A stretch of 63,810 nucleotides of DNA, the filler included, from Globobulimina sp. (lineage: Eukaryota): assembly GCA_003354225.1 (NCBI GenBank). It is 48 parts of 48 records of this genome, joined end to end, with 100 filler letters (N's around TTAATTAATTAA, not from the genome) between each part and the next. Parts side by side here need not be neighbours in the genome. Positions count along the whole stretch, not along the records: positions 11,998 to 13,229 come from PIVH01020464.1; positions 13,330 to 14,561 come from PIVH01020465.1; positions 14,662 to 15,893 come from PIVH01020466.1; positions 15,994 to 17,225 come from PIVH01020467.1; positions 17,326 to 18,557 come from PIVH01020468.1; positions 18,658 to 19,889 come from PIVH01020469.1; positions 19,990 to 21,221 come from PIVH01020470.1; positions 21,322 to 22,553 come from PIVH01020471.1; 40 more parts are not named here. One strand, 5' to 3'. Position 1 is the first letter of the stretch. Each line of letters starts with the position of its first letter. A model generated the notes under the pieces. The model did no database searches. It saw only the letters and a list, made by a program, of their open reading frames with translations, and was not told the origin of the DNA. A program made the translations under genes and the position numbers. Of the stretch, positions 13,113 through 25,142 are shown in pieces.

Positions 13113-13329
13113 GTACACAAAAACACGCATTAACACACATAAAACATAAATATATTAACTTTAGCTGTTAACGTACGATTCCCCACATTGTTCTGCACCA
13201 ATCTGTACGCTCCCCACCGCATAATATGCNNNNNNNNNNNNNNNNNNNNNNNNNNNNNNNNNNNNNNNNNNNNTTAATTAATTAANNNNNNNNNNNNNNN
13301 NNNNNNNNNNNNNNNNNNNNNNNNNNNNN

Positions 13330-14037
13330 CCCTGAATCTATCTTTTTCGAATTTATTCAAACCCGCCATTTTTTCGTTTAAATTCACCATTTTCCCAACT
13401 TGTTCCCATATGGTGCCATGTTTAAAAACCGCATCCAAATCATCCCTCAAATCGTTCTCTTTCTCTCTGTTCTCCTTTTTTTTATTCTCGATACGTTTGG
13501 CGCGATCACTCTCAAATTTCTCTAATTCGATTTGCGCAGTTTCGAGTAATTCTGCCTGGGCTTCTTTTTCTTGATTGCGTCTTTTCTCCAATTCCAATTT
13601 ACGTTCTTCTAACCACACACTGTTTGCATATGTATTTTCATGCGATTTTGCGAATCGATGGGGACAGTTTCTATATCCTCGCATGCACAGCGCACACAGC
13701 CATACCTTAAAAATGTCGGTTCAACGTCGGTTTTTTCTTTCTGTTCACTGCCACCAATTTGATCCTGTTTTATGTCGGCATCGCCACCGGAACCTAATAA
13801 TAAGGCATCGTTTTCGTTTTTTTGTTCCACCATCGATGCAAATATATCCTCCGTTGCGTCTGGTTTCTGTGGTTCAGATTCGATGTTTTTACTATCATCG
13901 ACTTGGTCGTATGGATTGTTTTCATCCATAAATGCAAACTCATCTGTGCCGGTTTGGTTGACTACCACTGCATCGCCGGTGGGTTGCATTTGTTGATCAG
14001 TGGGTTTATCGTCTGCTGCGTTTAAAAAGTCATCCAT
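13330..14037 (-). CDS. CLC1: Clathrin light chain (3' partial); intron 13620-13705
   Basis: Acidic N-terminus, W-EER..E coiled coil, KKKENREKE, GTIWEQVGKMV; GT-AG splice gives FLSVWLEER. Confidence 0.85.
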
Positions 14038-14369
14038 ATTGCTTGTTGCGTGTTAGATGTAAAGTGGACAGTCGTGGCAGGATGGCTCGAAAATGTGAAT
14101 TAGTTTTAGCTCACTTTGTTAAAGAAAGTTTTTAATTCGAATTTAATTTACACCAAAATAAACTCTTGCAGTTAGAGTGTGGCGACATGTAATGATAATG
14201 TGGACGGTTGGAGGTATAAACTACATATACATAAATCTGGCTGATGCACTAAGTCAGACTGATGCACGAAGTGGAAAATACTCAACATATGATATTGTGC
14301 ACTTAATATCGGTTCAAAATGTACATTATCATAAAAAAATATGCAAAAACAATAAAAAAATTAATTAAA

Positions 14370-14561
14370 TCATTGCTTAATTACCAAACAATCCAAGCGA
14401 CCATCTTTTGATAGATTTATATTCCATTTTTTATCATTGAATCTTTGTTTTATTGATTCAGTAAAAATCTCACTTAACCAGGATTTACCACTTCCATATT
14501 CTATCCTTGCTTTAATAATATATTTAATCGCTTTTGAAAGGAGTGGGGGGTGGAGTTTACC
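14370..14561 (-). CDS. C-terminal fragment of a hypothetical protein
   Basis: Open frame from contig end (GKLHPPLLSK...CLVIKQ) to TGA. Confidence 0.3.
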   Translation of the reverse strand, partial: GKLHPPLLSKAIKYIIKARIEYGSGKSWLSEIFTESIKQRFNDKKWNINLSKDGRLDCLVIKQ

Positions 14562-14661
14562 NNNNNNNNNNNNNNNNNNNNNNNNNNNNNNNNNNNNNNN
14601 NNNNNTTAATTAATTAANNNNNNNNNNNNNNNNNNNNNNNNNNNNNNNNNNNNNNNNNNNN

Positions 14662-14775
14662 TGGGTTTTATAAAAATAAAGTATGAATAGTTTTATTTTT
14701 GGGTTTCACAAAAATAAAGTATGAATAGTTTTATTTTTGGGTTTCACAAAAAAAAAGCAGGAAAAGTTTTTTTTT
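14662..14775. repeat. 38-bp tandem repeat, ~3 copies, running off the contig start
   Basis: Unit TGGGTTTYAYAAAAATAAAGTATGAATAGTTTTATTTT at 14662, 14700 and 14738 (last degenerate). Confidence 0.85.
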
Positions 14776-14989
14776 ACGAATTCCATTAAACCATTTTCTA
14801 TTAAGTAGCACCATACATTATTAACGCCTTTCTAACACAAAAGTCAATATAATATGGTTCCAGGCAAATTGACTTACAGCTGCAGCTTCCTGCTGCAATT
14901 TCCACAACATTTCGCACATTAGCTATCGACAAATAACCTTATTAATAAATCACGACAATGTACATGATTACAAGTACAAACATCATGCA

Positions 14990-15600
14990 ATTACAAAACG
15001 ATGGACTGAAATTACGAAACGATCAACTAATACGCAGATTATTCATCAGTTGTCTGATAGTAACCTTACTTGCAATATAATTTCTCTTTCGGACTCATAG
15101 CATTGTCATTAATTGTAATTGGTTTTGCGATGAGACAGATTGATCCAATCTTGTGTGATCCAGATTCGATATTTCAATTCCATTCCGTTATTAATTCATA
15201 TTACTGTGGCTATTGGATTATTTTTTGCATATTTAATGCTTAGAACGTTAACGGAAACGTATTCAACAAAAAGCAAACAGAAACAATTTATGAATCAATA
15301 CGATTTGTGTATCTGACGCTAATTCTCAACAATACAGTTGAATTACCACAATTGCTCACATACAAAAGTTTCAATGAATATTTGAATTTATTGGTTCATG
15401 TTTGCAATACATTTTGTTATTTGACACACATCCTTCACTACGATATTCCCAAAAGATAACCTCACCCCTTGGTCAATAAGTTGTTTACATAGCTTTGTGT
15501 TGGGTTTGCTCTATGTTTGTTACATTAGTAACTTTGTTTTGGGTTTGCAAATCCAGAACAACTGTATAACTGAGGGTTATCCATTAATGTCTTCAAAACT
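14990..15600 (+). pseudogene. Possible decayed multi-TM gene
   Basis: Hydrophobic peptides (RRLFISCLIVTLLAI, FGLIALSLIVIGF, IPLLIHITVAIGLFFAYLML) spread over different frames with stops. Confidence 0.3.
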
Positions 15601-15775
15601 AAGACAAGAATAACTCATCGACGATCAAGGCAATCGACTTTGTATATTTCAGTTTTATAGTCTTCTTTCTTTTGTTGTTTTGGTTCGTATGATATAAAAA
15701 CAACACTGTTCAATTCGCAGAAACCCGAAAATTTGAGTTGTTCACAGCAAAGTTAAATAAACTCAGTCCTGAAAC

Positions 15776-15893
15776 ATGCTGCACACAAGTAATGAAGGTG
15801 AAGACACAGCATTCAATTTCGACGCTTGGATCAATAAGAATGGATTGGAAGAGGTTAAAGATTTGTTTATCAAACATGACGCAGTCACACCGC
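15776..15893 (+). CDS. N-terminus of SAM-like-domain family protein, paralogue of 52718
   Basis: MLHTSNEGEDTAFNFDAWINKNGLEEVKDLFIKHDAV, near-identical to the 52718 ORF; not in the ORF track. Confidence 0.65.
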
Positions 15894-15993
15894 NNNNNNN
15901 NNNNNNNNNNNNNNNNNNNNNNNNNNNNNNNNNNNNNTTAATTAATTAANNNNNNNNNNNNNNNNNNNNNNNNNNNNNNNNNNNNNNNNNNNN

Positions 15994-17225
15994 ATGTTTA
16001 TGAATACAAAAAAAGTTAATATCAATTCAGATTATAACATAATGAATGAAAATGAAGAAGAAAAACAAGAATCAATATCTCGATCGGATACAGCTTCAAC
16101 AACATTGGATATGCAGCACGATCAAATTGGATTTTGTTTTTGTGTGATTTGGAGATGTTTGACTGAAAAGAAAGACATTCAAAAACCTGGGAAATATGGA
16201 GAGCGGATATATTTACGACGCTTATTTTTAACGGTTGGAACATTATCCTTTGGCTACATTTCAATTAAAGATTTTCTCAATGTCTTAAATATAACGGTTA
16301 AGCAAATGGTGATCAATTTTTTGAATGAATTGAATGTTGGAGTGACATGGCCCGATGATGACGAAGGAGGCACATTATTTGATTCTACATTTCATGTTTA
16401 TAACGAAGCGAGAATTATTGCTGCGTCGTGTGCTTTGTGTGCAGCCATTTTGTTTGGAATGAGTCTGTTGTGCGACGTCTGTGTTATGGGAAAGCGTGGA
16501 TTGAAATTGTCGAAAATCTTCGGTTGGCTGAGTATGATTGCTTTAATGGCAGGAATCTTTACCCCCTCTTTACCGAATTATATATCTTCAACTCCAATAC
16601 ATGACATTTGTCCATTTTGTGCTCCTCAATTTACAAATGCTGTGTATTTGTTATTTGGCGATGTGATCGGTTTATTTTGCAGCGCTTTGTTTACCGTGGA
16701 TATGTTGCCAATATTGGTGGTTGCCGTGATTCCGGCAATTGCCAGGTCGTCATATATGGTTTTACATTCTTCACAAAAATATAAATTGGATTTGAATGAA
16801 GAGGATACATTGCGATACATCTTTATTTGTGGCAGTTTTTTAGGTCCATTCACAACATTTGCTCCGTTATTGGTGTATCAACAAACAATGGGCGATGTTG
16901 TGGTATCTTGCATTTTGATCATATTTTGGATATTGCCAATAATGATAGCCATCCAAATTAAAAGCAAGAATGCCACATTTATTTATTTATTATACATGTG
17001 TACATATTATGGATCATTGTCAGCAATCTTTGTTTATCATTGTATTCAATATGGTTTACCTCATTGGCTTATTCTCGTATTACAAACTCCAAATTGGACC
17101 ATCCATACCATCTTAGAAATTGCCGCTGAAGTCTGCTTAACAAATGTATTATTATCGGATTTTTTGTATACCATTATTATGGGATTTAGAACAAAACATA
17201 AAAATGAAAAGAAAAAAAGATTTTC
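15994..17225 (+). CDS. Multi-pass membrane protein of unknown function
   Basis: ORF spans the contig, about 9 TM segments, CPFC motif. Confidence 0.75.
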
Positions 17226-17326
17226 NNNNNNNNNNNNNNNNNNNNNNNNNNNNNNNNNNNNNNNNNNNNTTAATTAATTAANNNNNNNNNNNNNNNNNNN
17301 NNNNNNNNNNNNNNNNNNNNNNNNNT

Positions 17327-17686
17327 GTTAAATATTTTTATCCAAAGCTGGCTGTTCTCGATAATATAAATGAAAAAGGTGATGGAGTTATGGATGACTT
17401 ATTTGTCAATTTTAATTATCCACAATTTCCATATGATTTAGCAATGATAATATTGCAATTTGTATTTTTTAAACCAATGAATGGTTTAAAATCAGTATTG
17501 TTGTCTGGAAATTCATTACATCCGACATTTTCTGCTTGTTTTAGAAACACAGAGTTATTATCAAAAAATATGTTGCATAAAATATCTCTCACAAAATCAA
17601 GATATAACATTGATCCAAACGAAACAACAAATGCATCATCACTTACATTTGGCCACTCTGCTAAATTTGTTAAAACAATGTACTGA
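17327..17686 (+). CDS. C-terminal part of a hypothetical protein
   Basis: Open frame from contig start to TGA. Confidence 0.4.
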   Translation, partial: VKYFYPKLAVLDNINEKGDGVMDDLFVNFNYPQFPYDLAMIILQFVFFKPMNGLKSVLLSGNSLHPTFSACFRNTELLSKNMLHKISLTKSRYNIDPNETTNASSLTFGHSAKFVKTMY

Positions 17687-17775
17687 TAAAAGTGTAGTGT
17701 ATATCTCCAGTATAATATATCGTTATAATTTAAACGCTTTTTTACTTAAAAGCTTACTTCACTTCAAATCAGCTA

Positions 17776-18557
17776 ATGGCACTTTTAGTCAGTCTTCTGG
17801 CCTGGTTAATCATTATAACCTGGCCATGTGTATTGCTATTACTATACACAATGTTTCAAACAAAAGTTCGTTTTGTATTGCAAACACTTTTCATATTTCC
17901 AATAACAATCATAGTATCAAGCATCGTCGGTGTGATAGGATTAATTGTAAAATGTTTAACATTCTCCTTAATATCACCAGCCTTTCGCATATTTTTATTA
18001 TCCTATATATCGCAGCAATTCTGGCAATTTATGTTATTTTCCTTTGAATTCTGGCCAAATCTTAAGTTCGTGGTAAGCGACGAAAATGTAAATGATGATA
18101 TTTTTTATTTAAATTCGATACTTTTATACAATCATTGTCGATCCCCATTTGATTGGATATCGATCTGTTCCTTTGCTGATTATTTAGAACGGTTTCAAAA
18201 TTCATTTATTTTCATGAAAAAAGAGTTTGCGTATATTCCTATAATTGGATGGATTGGCTCTTTAAATTCAGCAAAGCCATTACAAAGAGATTGGAATGAG
18301 GACAAAAAATATATTAAAAGTTTATGTCAAAAATTTAAGCCAAACAAAGATTATCGTTTAGTTACGCCGTGGTGTTGGTTCTTTTATCCTGAAGGTTTGA
18401 CAAACGAAGCCATTAAAAAAACGTTTTTCGTTTTCATGCTAAGTGTTGCTTAAATGTCAGGGACTCGATTCAGTGCAAAGAAGCTGATGGCAGCACAGGA
18501 GTTTGCAAGGAAAAGAGGTTACGCAGTCTATAATCATTTGTTGCAACCCAGAGTCAA
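17776..18557 (+). CDS. Lysophospholipid acyltransferase (AGPAT3-5/LCLAT1-like), 3' partial; intron 18395-18460
   Basis: NH...DW, MKKEFAYIPIIGW, LQRDW; FYPEG|TRF restored by splicing. Confidence 0.9.
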
Positions 18558-18658
18558 NNNNNNNNNNNNNNNNNNNNNNNNNNNNNNNNNNNNNNNNNNN
18601 NTTAATTAATTAANNNNNNNNNNNNNNNNNNNNNNNNNNNNNNNNNNNNNNNNNNNNA

Positions 18659-19889
18659 ATGGCGTTGCAGTGGTATACGATCAAATATTTTTATGTGCAA
18701 ATGTTATTTTTCGTAATTGCCGATTCACACAAAACTATGGATGGACCATTGTTGACATGGATCACGCCACACCTCTGCGGGATGAATCTATTACAAGATT
18801 TACAAATGTCTTGTTTGAAGATAATACTGTCGTGTTTGGCTTAATTAGATTGGAAGTGAGTCACGCACAGATTTATGATTCAACAATCAAAGGAAATACA
18901 AATACTCTCTTAATTTCAACATTTGTATTGGTGACCGATGTAACTATTCAACATTCGGAATTTAGCGATAATTATGGTAAATATGATGGCATTGTAACCA
19001 TCAATGAATTTGCAATTGCAACAATTTCTGATTGTAATTTTACAAATAATCGAGGTTGGTGGGAAGTAGCGTGCGATTTATACATTTAACTTAAAGTCTA
19101 TATAGATTTAAATGTATTTATCGCACGCTACTTATCTCCAATCATAATAAAGTTGGTGGTGTTGGTGGCGCAATCCATAGCAAAGCAAATGAACTACAGA
19201 TTGATCGATGCGAATTTCGGCATAACACCGCTGGATTAAATGGTGGCCATATAGCACAATATGAACACGAATTAATTATAAATGACTGCTTATTTGAAGG
19301 AGGAGAAGCCATTCTTGGTAGTGGTGGTGCTATCTGGATGTCTAGATATCAAGGTATATATTCCTAAAATAATTTTATCTCTCACAATTACATATATCCA
19401 TTGCCATAAATACAATAAAGTAATATCTGGCACTATAATGAGGATCTATGGGAGCATATTTGAGGATAACTATGCCTCATTGCATGGTGGTGCCATATTA
19501 CAAGACAGTCCCTCGCGATACAAAGAAAATAGTTTATTCTTAAATGAAGTTGATTTTGTCAGGAATTATGCAGGTCATTCGGGTGCTGCTATATATATCA
19601 AAAATAAATTCGATGTAGAATTATATATAGATGAAAATGTGACATATTATAATAATTCTGCAGGTGTTATCGATAGTGATTTACAGTCATGGCCAGATAA
19701 ATATAATTTAACATCAAGTCAGAAATATATGTGTCCCGGTTGTAATGTGTCGATTGCAATGGATGCTATAAACGTATTTGGCGAACCATGGCAAGTTCAC
19801 GAGTTTACAGAATATGTATTTACCAGTTTGCCCGATGATTTTGTACTTACCAAAGATACAAACATTGCAGATGTAGCCACCAGAGTAAA
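18659..19889 (+). CDS. Right-handed beta-helix (Pmp-like GGAI/FxxN repeat) protein, partial; introns 19055-19152 and 19354-19420
   Basis: FSDN, FTNN, GGAI, FEDNYA-LHGGAI, FVRNYAG-SGAAI repeats joined in frame by two GT-AG introns. Confidence 0.8.
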
Positions 19890-20169
19890 NNNNNNNNNNN
19901 NNNNNNNNNNNNNNNNNNNNNNNNNNNNNNNNNTTAATTAATTAANNNNNNNNNNNNNNNNNNNNNNNNNNNNNNNNNNNNNNNNNNNNGTTTTATTAAA
20001 TAAAATAGAAACGAAAAACACTTTTATTACCCTACATGCCATATAAAATAGAAACAAAAAACAAAAATTTAAGACTCAAAAAGCAGAGAATATATTACAA
20101 AAAATAAAGAAGATTTGAACCCAAATCTTCTTTAATAAGATGCTCCCATTGAGCTATCATCACAATAGA

Positions 20170-20257
20170 AAAATCGGTTTCGACCGATGAGGTGACTTCG
20201 TCGCCCATAGATACCATATTAAAATCGGTTTAAACCGATGAGGCGACTTCGTCGCCC
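20170..20257. repeat. Two direct copies of a 37-bp double-hairpin unit
   Basis: AAAATCGGTT(TCG/TAA)ACCGATGAGG(T/C)GACTTCGTCGCCC at 20170 and 20221. Confidence 0.8.
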
Positions 20258-20403
20258 CCTCGACCAAAAACTGTGTTTTCGGAAACACGTTACTTATCTC
20301 GAAACGAAAAAGTTGGCCATCAATAATATACTATTATGAAATAAAAATGAACCATCATTATATGTTCAATGTTACTATATGTTTATGTAAATTATGTGCT
20401 TAG

Positions 20404-20893
20404 ATATGTAGTGACCAATTCAGACATCACCTTCACAAAAGATGGTCCTTTAAGTGAATACAGACATGATTTATTTGGCTTTTTTAGTATGTTGTCATTT
20501 TTAACAGCATTGCAATCATTGTTGTTTTCTGCTGGCTTGTTTGGAATGGTTAATTTATTGGGAGTTGAAAATACAAATTGGTTTGTATATAGAAATTGGT
20601 GGGTTATTGATATCCCATTGGTTTCTTGTTTGGCGTCAATCATTTTAATGTTAGTATCTGCTATGATTAGCATTGGTGGAATTGTCAATAAGTGGGTCTA
20701 TTATACATTATTGGTTATTGGTATAGCAACTTTCCTATGTTTTGCTGTCATTTTTTCGAGAGTGCAAAGGGATATGTATTCCAGAACGATAATACCCAAA
20801 AATCGGAAAAAAATAGATGACCACATACAATCCAACAAACAAAATGAAGAAATTATCATTGAAACAAACACAAATGCGAACAAAGACAAATGA
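20404..20893 (+). CDS. Last exon of a multi-pass membrane protein
   Basis: Three TM segments; likely acceptor TTAG at 20400-20403. Confidence 0.6.
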
Positions 20894-21321
20894 TTACATT
20901 TTTTTCTGTTCTTGCCACATTTACAGTTTTTATGCTGCCTAACATTTACTACAATCAATTTGGGTAAAATTAATTAAGAATAATCATATTTCCATATAGG
21001 TTCATTTTCCATTTTTTTGTTCATTTTCAATGGGCATTCCTTCTCAATGTTGCAATTTACCTCTTGGTACTTTCTTCTTTTATACCCAAATGTGTTAATA
21101 AAGTGCAAAGAGATTATAAAGACAAGATTTGATTGAGGAATTCTGTAGTTTTGCTAAATGTGTTGTTTAAACATTAGCAGAGGTTAATTCAAAACGAACT
21201 AATCTTTCGCCTTTTACTAAANNNNNNNNNNNNNNNNNNNNNNNNNNNNNNNNNNNNNNNNNNNNTTAATTAATTAANNNNNNNNNNNNNNNNNNNNNNN
21301 NNNNNNNNNNNNNNNNNNNNN

Positions 21322-21684
21322 GATTTAGCAACAAACAATAATTATTTTTATTCGCCATGTGCAAATAAATTATATTGCCATATTAAATACAATGGAATGA
21401 TAACAAATCAAGGGAGAGTTGATGAGTACAAGTATTGTGATACATTGGCAGTATGGGATGGTGGCAAAACAAAACCTAATTTGCATTCGGAATTAGAATA
21501 TTGGCAATTTACATATAATACACCAGAAGTAAGCGGTAATATTGCTGTAAAATGGCATTGTAATCAAACAGTTGGTTTACAAGAGACATATATTATCAGT
21601 ACTACTTATATCAATGAGTTTGATTATGTTAGTTTCACTATGGACATTGCGTCTAAATATGCATGCAAAATGCACATTCGTTGA
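21322..21684 (+). CDS. C-terminus of a mannose-6-phosphate-receptor-homology (MRH)-like domain protein
   Basis: YSPC-N-L-C, WHC, FTMDIASKYAC cysteine pattern. Confidence 0.55.
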   Translation, partial: DLATNNNYFYSPCANKLYCHIKYNGMITNQGRVDEYKYCDTLAVWDGGKTKPNLHSELEYWQFTYNTPEVSGNIAVKWHCNQTVGLQETYIISTTYINEFDYVSFTMDIASKYACKMHIR

Positions 21685-21873
21685 ATCTGTTTATTCATGT
21701 TTTATTTAGTTAATTAACATCTTTTTGTCCAAAACGGTTTAAATACCACAGTTTGGCTACGTAGAATTTCTGAGCTGTCTGGCCAGACTGCACTGTGGAA
21801 CACACAGACAGTTGTTATTTGCGTTGCAGAACCAGTTTTTTTTGTCAGTTTGTTTGACTAAGAGTTTTTAGCA

Positions 21874-22553
21874 ATGTCGGAATTATTGGAAGGTGGCTAT
21901 GTAAAGGTGAATACATCTTACACTGGCTGGAAAAATGTTAAATGTGCAGAGCTGTTTCAAATGGTCACGACATCTTTCTTTTGTATATCGGCTGGAATGT
22001 ATGGATTTGAATATTTCCTTTCCATTGTATCTCCTCCAATTATTTTTATCACCATTTTGCTCTATTTAATATTATTTTAATTTCCAATTACATTCATCTC
22101 GATCCAAACATTATCCATGTTTCCTAAAAATTGTTTTTCTGAGATGATGATGGTTGCACTCGGAGATACCATTGCTAATCATTGCTTATATTGGTCGTGG
22201 ATATGTAATTTAACAGATTGTTGCATTTTTACTCAATTAAATATATTATACATTCAAAAATATATTCCTGTGGTACCAATTTATTTATCGTCCGCAACAT
22301 CCATCAATATAACCTCAAACACATTAATTGGATACGCAATAATTACAATTATCGCAATACTTAATTTATTCCATTATGCATTGATTTCAATCATTAACCA
22401 ACTTGTATTTATTATTGTTTTTATATGCTGCATTTTATTTATTTTGATTGGATGGCAACACACAAATATAACATCAATATCTGAGTATAAACAAGCCTCA
22501 TTAACAGATTTCTCATTAATATTTTCATGGATAATTTGGATAAATTCTGGTGT
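21874..22553 (+). CDS. Multi-pass membrane protein, interrupted (intron or frameshift near 22060-22110), partial
   Basis: Two consecutive hydrophobic ORFs on the same strand. Confidence 0.5.
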
Positions 22554-22653
22554 NNNNNNNNNNNNNNNNNNNNNNNNNNNNNNNNNNNNNNNNNNNNTTA
22601 ATTAATTAANNNNNNNNNNNNNNNNNNNNNNNNNNNNNNNNNNNNNNNNNNNN

Positions 22654-23429
22654 CTTTTCGAAGATCCCAAAGAAAGGCCATTCCTTGCATTCATTCCTCA
22701 AATACTTAGCAATCTCAATGTAAATACCAAAGGTGGCACTGTGGTGGATATTGGTGCGGGAACAGGGGTTTTAATGAAACATTTCACAAAAGTCATTGGC
22801 AACGATGGCACTTACATTGCCCTGGAACTTTCTAAAAGTTTTGTCGAACATCTTAATAATTCCATTTCAGAACAAAATATAAAAAATGCCATTGTTGTCA
22901 ACAATACAATCAATTCCTTCTGTTTACCGCTCGATTTTAAGGTATTTATCATTTATATCCTTGTACACTATGTATGTTTATGTATACTGTATCTGTGTAG
23001 GGTAAAATTGATGTGTTTGTTTGTCTTAATGTTTGGCATCATGTTGAAGATAAAAAATCTGCGCTTGAAGAGATTTATAACAATTTACAAGATGGCGGAG
23101 CTTTTATGTTAATGGATTTTAAGCAATTTACTGATTCAGAACGAAAGGGATTGAATTTACCCAATTTAACCATATTCAAAATCAAATTGGCTTTATATAC
23201 CATTGGGTCGTGGTTCTCCTTCGGACATAAACATAGTTTGAAAGAGTTTAGAGAAATGTCAAAAAGACATGGTTTTGAATCTGTTATGCAAATGGCTCGA
23301 TGTATGACGCAGTATTCGCCCATGGAAATTAAAGATGAAATATTGCAAAAAAGTGAACTCGTTTTTGAGAAAGATGTGATGGACGATGTGTTGCAAAATA
23401 TTTTTGTTCACATTTATAGAAAACAATAA
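22654..23429 (+). CDS. Class I SAM-dependent methyltransferase (5' partial); intron 22942-23000
   Basis: VVDIGAGTG motif I, ALELS, DVFVCLNVWHH, LQDGG. Confidence 0.88.
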
Positions 23430-23581
23430 TACAAATAATTTTGTATAACGTAACATTTATGGACATTCTTGGTCTTTTTAGTTTTAGATATTGCCTTTGA
23501 TACATTCGATCACTAAACACTTTAGAACAGCAACAATTATGTTTTAAAAGTTTTTTTTTAGTTTCCACACCTTAAAGAACA

Positions 23582-23885
23582 ATGGAAGCCAGACCTAATA
23601 CTCTTTCTTTCTACAAAAATAGCTTACAAGAATGCGTAGGATCGACTGACTGTATAAATGATTTAATCGCAATGTTACATGTCATTCCTCTTACTCATAT
23701 CAAACATTTTATTAGTCAAGAAATTGATGGATTAGATTTAAATTGTTGTAAAAAATTGTATTATGCACAAACATCAATTCATGATATATTCCCATCCGAT
23801 ATTATTCAATATATTTTATCATTTGGTGGCTTATATCATACAAAAGCAGTCAGTAAAAAATGGAGACAATACTCTGAGATTAATG
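23582..23885 (+). CDS. F-box-like protein, N-terminal part
   Basis: IHDIFPSDIIQYILSF...KAVSKKW. Confidence 0.65.
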
Positions 23886-23987
23886 NNNNNNNNNNNNNNN
23901 NNNNNNNNNNNNNNNNNNNNNNNNNNNNNTTAATTAATTAANNNNNNNNNNNNNNNNNNNNNNNNNNNNNNNNNNNNNNNNNNNNAA

Positions 23988-25049
23988 TATACATTACGAA
24001 ACTTAATTCAATATACAATTAATGAAGAGGAATATAAAGAAAAACACAATCTCGAATATACACGAATTGGCCAAGGCACAATTGTGTATGGACATAAACG
24101 CATTGAGGGATTCCAACATTTATTATGCACTCTAGCTGATTCAATTCGTCCAACTGATGATTATGGCAGATTTAGATTGCAATACAAAATTGGTATTCCT
24201 TTTTTTGGAATGAAGGGTTCATATATTATTCTTAAAAACAATGACATATATCAGTTATACGATGATGATAATGGCATTACATTTGATAACGGCATAGATA
24301 GTAGTGTGACTGAAGATGCGTATCTTGCATTATATGCTCGTTCCAAGGGTATAAAATTTAGTTTTGTTGATGGCAAAATGTATGAGAGAAGCACATTTCT
24401 AATACATGATTTTTGCAAACAGCGAAAGCGATGGATTACGGGGCTTTTAATGACATCATTTTCGAAACATTTACCATTTTATGTGCGAAAAGAATTATTA
24501 ATTACGGTATTATTATGGATGATACAGCCAATTTCATACTTTTTCATTGTATTTAATATGGTATATTATTATGAAGATATAAGTTCAATAATGTTTTTTT
24601 TATTAAATCCATTTGTTTTTTTATATATGTTTGGCTTTATTTTTAATTTTAGTATCAATGAATATAATATTTTCGAATACATATGTTTATTTTTCTTGCA
24701 AATTATATTATTACCGATATTTTCGTTAATGGAATTTTCAAGTGTTGTTATAGCAATTTTAAAACCGGATAAGGGTTTTTATATTGTCCAAAAAGAAATT
24801 AACCCAACAATACCAGAAAATAGTATTGATATAATTATTGATATTGATGATAGTGCTAGTGAAGATATTATCGAAGACGTTGTTGAATTGCAAATAGTTG
24901 ATGATAGTGGTGGTGAAGATATTATTGAAGATATTATTGAAATACAAATAATTAATGACAATAAATTATCAACCCCAAAGGGTTTTTTTGAGGAATTATT
25001 TAATAATACAAAATGGGCAGACGTAGATATTATACAAAATATTAGATAG
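23988..25049 (+). CDS. egh: Egghead/BRE-3-like GT2 beta-1,4-mannosyltransferase (5' partial)
   Basis: GQG-IVY, LADSIR-TDDYGRFRLQ, GMKGSY, SVTEDAY, ERS, DF-KQRKRW-TG, C-terminal TM helices, FYIVQK. Confidence 0.85.
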   Translation, partial: YTLRNLIQYTINEEEYKEKHNLEYTRIGQGTIVYGHKRIEGFQHLLCTLADSIRPTDDYGRFRLQYKIGIPFFGMKGSYIILKNNDIYQLYDDDNGITFDNGIDSSVTEDAYLALYARSKGIKFSFVDGKMYERSTFLIHDFCKQRKRWITGLLMTSFSKHLPFYVRKELLITVLLWMIQPISYFFIVFNMVYYYEDISSIMFFLLNPFVFLYMFGFIFNFSINEYNIFEYICLFFLQIILLPIFSLMEFSSVVIAILKPDKGFYIVQKEINPTIPENSIDIIIDIDDSASEDIIEDVVELQIVDDSGGEDIIEDIIEIQIINDNKLSTPKGFFEELFNNTKWADVDIIQNIR

Positions 25050-25142
25050 TTTATAGTTATATATTATATATAATTTTAAAATAAATAATTTGTGAAGAAA
25101 ATAAAATAAAATTTATTGTATATTTATTACTAAACAATAAAT

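Noticed and set aside
20170-20257. Hammerhead ribozyme (CCGATGAG followed by a stem)
   Set aside because: The core would need CTGANGA and a GAAA after stem II; neither is present
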